Below, piece after piece: positions 36,060-39,944 of a DNA stretch of 39,944 nucleotides; the stretch's first letter is position 1, and each line of letters begins with the position of its first letter. This DNA is from Catajapyx aquilonaris (lineage: Eukaryota). Made by a program: the position numbers and the translations under genes. The stretch lies in the NCBI GenBank assembly GCA_000934665.2, contig JYFJ02003613.1, positions 1 through 39,944 of the forward strand, written 5' to 3'. A model generated the notes under the pieces. It saw nothing but the letters and a program-made list of their open reading frames with translations. It was not told the DNA's origin and searched no databases.

Positions 36060-36371
36060 AATGGCACATCCAGGGCACTCCGAACATGGCCGCTCCTTCC
36101 TCTCTACTTTTTCTCTCTCTTTCTCTCTTTCTCCTCCCTTCTCGCTCTTTTCCGATAATAAAGTGAGGAACAAACGGTGGAGAGAGGGGCGAGGCCAACG
36201 CCCCCTTGTTCTTTCTCCGGACGTTCTATAAGTTTTCCCCTCTCTGTGTGGGTACAACTGGGGGTGTCTGTCTGCCCCTTGTTCCTTTCTTGCCGAGAGC
36301 GGGGGGCAGCAGAGAGAGAGGGGTGGGCTTGTGGCCACACAGCACCCGTCAACCTTGCTGCTCCTTCTCGT

Positions 36372-36411
<40 letters not shown>

Positions 36412-36625
36412 TCCTCCCCCGAAGCCCTCTCTCTCTCCCCCTCCCTTTTTGGCTGGCTTGTTGGGGACCGAATGAAGCGTAGCAGTTGCGGCGAAAACAG
36501 CCGGGTAGCCAGTCCGAGGCGGGGTTGTCAGATTGCTTGGATGGAACATGGACGGACGTAGAGGGGAAGTGGCAACGTTGGTTGGTTCGAATGCTTCGTG
36601 GTCGATAGCGCGATATAGGGTGAGT
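36060..36625. promoter_or_regulatory. Candidate bidirectional promoter region shared by the sov-like gene (-) and GLRX5 (+)
   Basis: Non-repetitive GC/CpG-rich island between two divergent genes whose first coding exons both begin at acceptors. (CT)n/GAGA tracts at ~36100-36140 and ~36375-36435, YY1/Pho-like AACATGGCCG at ~36083, plus-strand donor AGG|GTGAGT at 36620. Confidence 0.45.
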
Positions 36626-36877
36626 TTGTTGGCCCCCCCCCACCCTGTGGGTTTGGACCCGGGGCAGCAGGAGGGCGATAGGACGATGCTGCGGGGGGCA
36701 TGTAGGATAGTTGTGTGGGCACGGTAGACGCGACTAGAGCACGACTAGAGAGGGCTGAAGACACTTGGCGGCACATTTGCTGCGGATGTGCCGGGACAAT
36801 AGACACGTGAGGGTCATGCGGGTCATACGCAGCTTGGTATGCCTTATCGTACCTGCAGGTCATATCCAACTGTCGGA

Positions 36878-37790
36878 TTTAGTACAAGTACGTGCAGGTC
36901 ATACTCGGCATAGTACGTGTAAGTACAGGTCATACTCGGCATAGTACGTGTAAGTACAGGACTACAGGTCATACTTGGCATAGTACGTGTCCTGGGAGGC
37001 CCTACCAGTAGACGAAGCTACCGCCGGCATAGCTCTTGGGGTCACGGGAGAAACGCAAACCCCACCACCACGATAAGGTGCAGATGGGGAGTGTAAGGAC
37101 AGGTCATACTTGGCATAATACGTGTAAGTACAGGTCATACTTGGCATAGTACGTGTAAGTACAGGTCATGCTTGGCATAATACATGTAAGTACAGGTCAT
37201 ATTTGGCATAGTACGTGTAAGTACAGGTCATACTCGGCAAGTACGTGTAAGGACAGGTCATACTTGGGATAGTACGTGTAAGGACAGGTCATACTTGGCA
37301 TAGTACGTGTAAGTACAGGTCATACTAGGCATCACTGTTATAAATTATGTAAGCACATGCAGGTCATACTTGCATAGTATATCAGTACGTGTAAGGACAG
37401 GTCATACTTGGCATCATACTGTTCTATATAAGCACATGCAGGTCATACTTACCATAGTACATGTTAGTACAGGTCATACTCGGCATAGTACATGTAAGTA
37501 CAGGTCATACTTGGCAAGTACGTGTGAGTACAGGTCATACTTGGCATCACTGTTATAAATTATGTAAACACATGCAGGTCATACTTAGCATAGTATATCA
37601 GTACGTGTAAGGACAGGAGGTCATACTTGGCATCATACTGTTCTATGTAAGCACGTGCAGGTCATACTTAGCATAGTACATGTTAGTACAGGTCATACTT
37701 AGTGTAGTACATGTTAGTACAGGTCATACTTAGCATAGTACGTTAGTACAGGTCATACTTGGCATCACACTGTTCTATGTAAGCACATGC
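36878..37790. repeat. Minisatellite, ~30 bp unit (acaggtcatacttggcatagtacgtgtaagt), upstream of the GLRX5 CDS
   Basis: More than 20 copies, interrupted by a unique ~105-bp segment at ~36990-37095. Confidence 0.95.
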
Positions 37791-37850
37791 TTCGACCACA
37801 ATTGCTACATTTTAATAAGTTGACTAATTGCTGCCTTACTAATTTGCAGG

Positions 37851-38342
37851 ATGTTGCGTCAGTCGCTCCGTGTGGCAACCCGCTTGCCAGTCCGGCTCCT
37901 GAGCAGCGATGCGGCACCTGGCACCAAGCCGCACATAGACGGACTGGTCAAGTCGGACAAGGTGGTTGTGTTCATGAAGGGTGTGCCGGACGCTCCCAGG
38001 TGTGGGTTCAGCAATGCGGTGGTGCAGGTGCTGAGGATGCATGGGGTGAAGTACCAGTCCCATGATGTGCTGGAGGACGACAGGGTCAGGGAAGGCGTCA
38101 AGGAGTACACCAGTTGGCCCACCATTCCGCAGGTACATTACGCTCTCTTTCCATTGCCACAGTACCATCAATGTACTCTTTTTTTTTAAAAAAAAATCCT
38201 GCAGGTTTTCATCGGCGGGGACTTTGTCGGTGGTTGCGACATACTGCTGCAGATGCACCAGAACGGCGAGCTTGTGGAGACCCTGGAGAAAGTGGGGATC
38301 AAGTCCGCATTGTTGAAAGAGGAAGGGAAGCAGGATAAGTGA
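37851..38342 (+). CDS. GLRX5: Glutaredoxin-5, mitochondrial monothiol glutaredoxin (Fe-S cluster biogenesis), 139 aa
   Basis: Exons 37851-38132 and 38205-38342. Arg/Leu/Ser-rich presequence [31 protein letters not shown] active site, [20 protein letters not shown] splice acceptor (ttactaatttgcag) directly before the ATG implies a 5' UTR exon upstream. Confidence 0.97.
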
Positions 38343-38382
38343 TAACGTCAAAGGAGCTGTGATTCTTGTATAGTTATTTGTT

Positions 38383-38388
38383 AATAAA
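38383..38388 (+). promoter_or_regulatory. Polyadenylation signal AATAAA for GLRX5
   Basis: AATAAA 40 nt after the TGA stop. Confidence 0.65.
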
Positions 38389-38699
38389 CTCGGAAGAGGG
38401 TTGAATTTTATACATGGTTATTCGTAATTACAGGTGTCGCGGTAGCCGTTCTTATAAGTTACGTCGACTCTTTGACATATGAAGTTCGCATATGCTGAGA
38501 AAAATTCTCATTGCGTAGTTTCATTGTTTGCCCCACTGTTGAACGACAAACACCATAATTGCCATGAAGTTGCATTTGCATGTGAGCGATTTGACGAGCG
38601 AAGTCTTCGCCGAGCGATAACATTGCTGATTAATAACCAATATTTTTTAAGGTGAAAGTAACAATCGATTTTTGCCTCAAACAATACTGGTTACTGGGC

Positions 38700-39944
38700 A
38701 ATGACGTCGCGTACATGTAAACGCAGCTTGAAAATTTTCTGCATACCATGCAAATTTTTGGCCCATTGTTGAACATGTTTGTAGGTTGTGTACCACTTTT
38801 GCCATGAATATTTTCTTGATTTTTTCTTTTTTGTTGAAGGACATTTTAGTTTTGTGCACCATTTTTTTGCAAATTCAGTGCAAATTTTCTTCAGTTGATG
38901 TTGATATCTGGTCCAAATTTTTTTGCCGATAAATTGTTGAAGGCCATTTTTGCAGAACATGCCCTAATTTTGTGGGGGAAAAAATGCTGGTTGACATTGT
39001 TGCAATTGTAGCAAATTTTCATCGTTGTTGGACAACTGCAAAAAATGTTGGAAATGCCCATTTTTGCAGATTCTCTGCCCCCAAAATTTCCCATCAAATT
39101 GTGTGTAAATTGGCGTGGTCATCTGTTCCATTTTCGCCAATTTCTTTGTGAAAGAATGTTGCAAATTGTTGGACATGCCCAATTTTCGCACATTCTCTGC
39201 CCAAATCTTTCTTCTAAATTGTGCAAAAATAATGTCACATTTTCGCCAAATTGTTGGGCATCATGCAGTCTTTTCCACGTTCGCCACATTTTCGCACATT
39301 CTCTGCCCAAAAATGTTCGGCCTGCAATTGTACAAAAAAATAATTCGCCAATTGTTGAACATATTTGCAGTCTTCTTCAATGTGTGGCCAAATTTTCTTC
39401 TCACATTCTCTTCCGCCTCAATTTGTGCAAAAAATGTTGCAGAATTTTCGCCTAAACTGTGGAGCACATTATAGTAGTCTTCTAAAATTTATAGCCATTT
39501 TTCCCCCTCAGATTCTCTGCCCAAATGTTTCTTCTCAATTGTGCACAAATTGGGATATTTTCGCCAATTATTGCGTTGTCCATGTAGTTATTTTCCATGT
39601 TTGCCAGACATTTTCGCACATTCGCTGCCCCATTTTTTTTTCCAAATTGTCAATTATGCAAAAAAAAAAAATGTCGCTAAAAAAATTCTCCCTATTGTTG
39701 CCCAAAATGGTTTTTCTTCTCAATTATTTTTTGTTTAAATCCACATTTTCGCCTATTGTTGGTCATGCAGCATATGTTTCCGTCGCCACATTATTTTCGC
39801 ACATTCTCTGCCCCAAAATGTTCCGCCTAATTGTGCAAAAAAAAAAACATGGAGCCAAATTTTCGCCCCAGTTGTTGAACATGTCTTGTAGGAAATCTTC
39901 TCCCTTTTTTTCCAGACATTTTCGCACATTCTCTGCCCCAAAAT
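38700..39944. repeat. Degenerate repeat array (attttcgcacattctctgcccaaa / aattgttg)
   Basis: Recurring motifs at ~39070, 39183, 39289, 39610, 39794, 39918, running to the window end. Confidence 0.85.

Overview
Eukaryotic genomic DNA, most likely from an arthropod (inferred from the proteins and the many 50-70 nt GT-AG introns). I spliced four protein-coding genes and found one tRNA. (1) The 5' part of an I-domain-less integrin alpha subunit (minus strand, 6 exons, 5910-1236; the 3' end lies outside the window). (2) tRNA-Val(CAC) at 10824-10896. (3) A complete 5-exon SBSPON/RPE-spondin-like gene (minus strand, 283 aa). (4) A ~3,525-aa, ~23-exon, ~26 C2H2-finger gene (minus strand, 32304-17153). 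It has an N-terminal MED15-central-domain-like helical bundle and resembles Drosophila small ovary (sov). It carries two histone H3K9-mimic ARKST motifs, PxVxL/V motifs, SIM-like arrays and a DPR repeat cluster. (5) Mitochondrial monothiol glutaredoxin GLRX5 (plus strand, 139 aa), head-to-head with the zinc-finger gene. Introns and intergenic DNA are filled with different minisatellite arrays, several built from promoter-type transcription-factor motifs. There are also several small terminal-inverted-repeat (TIR) elements, two of which enclose tandem arrays. All calls come from reading the sequence by eye; no searches were run.
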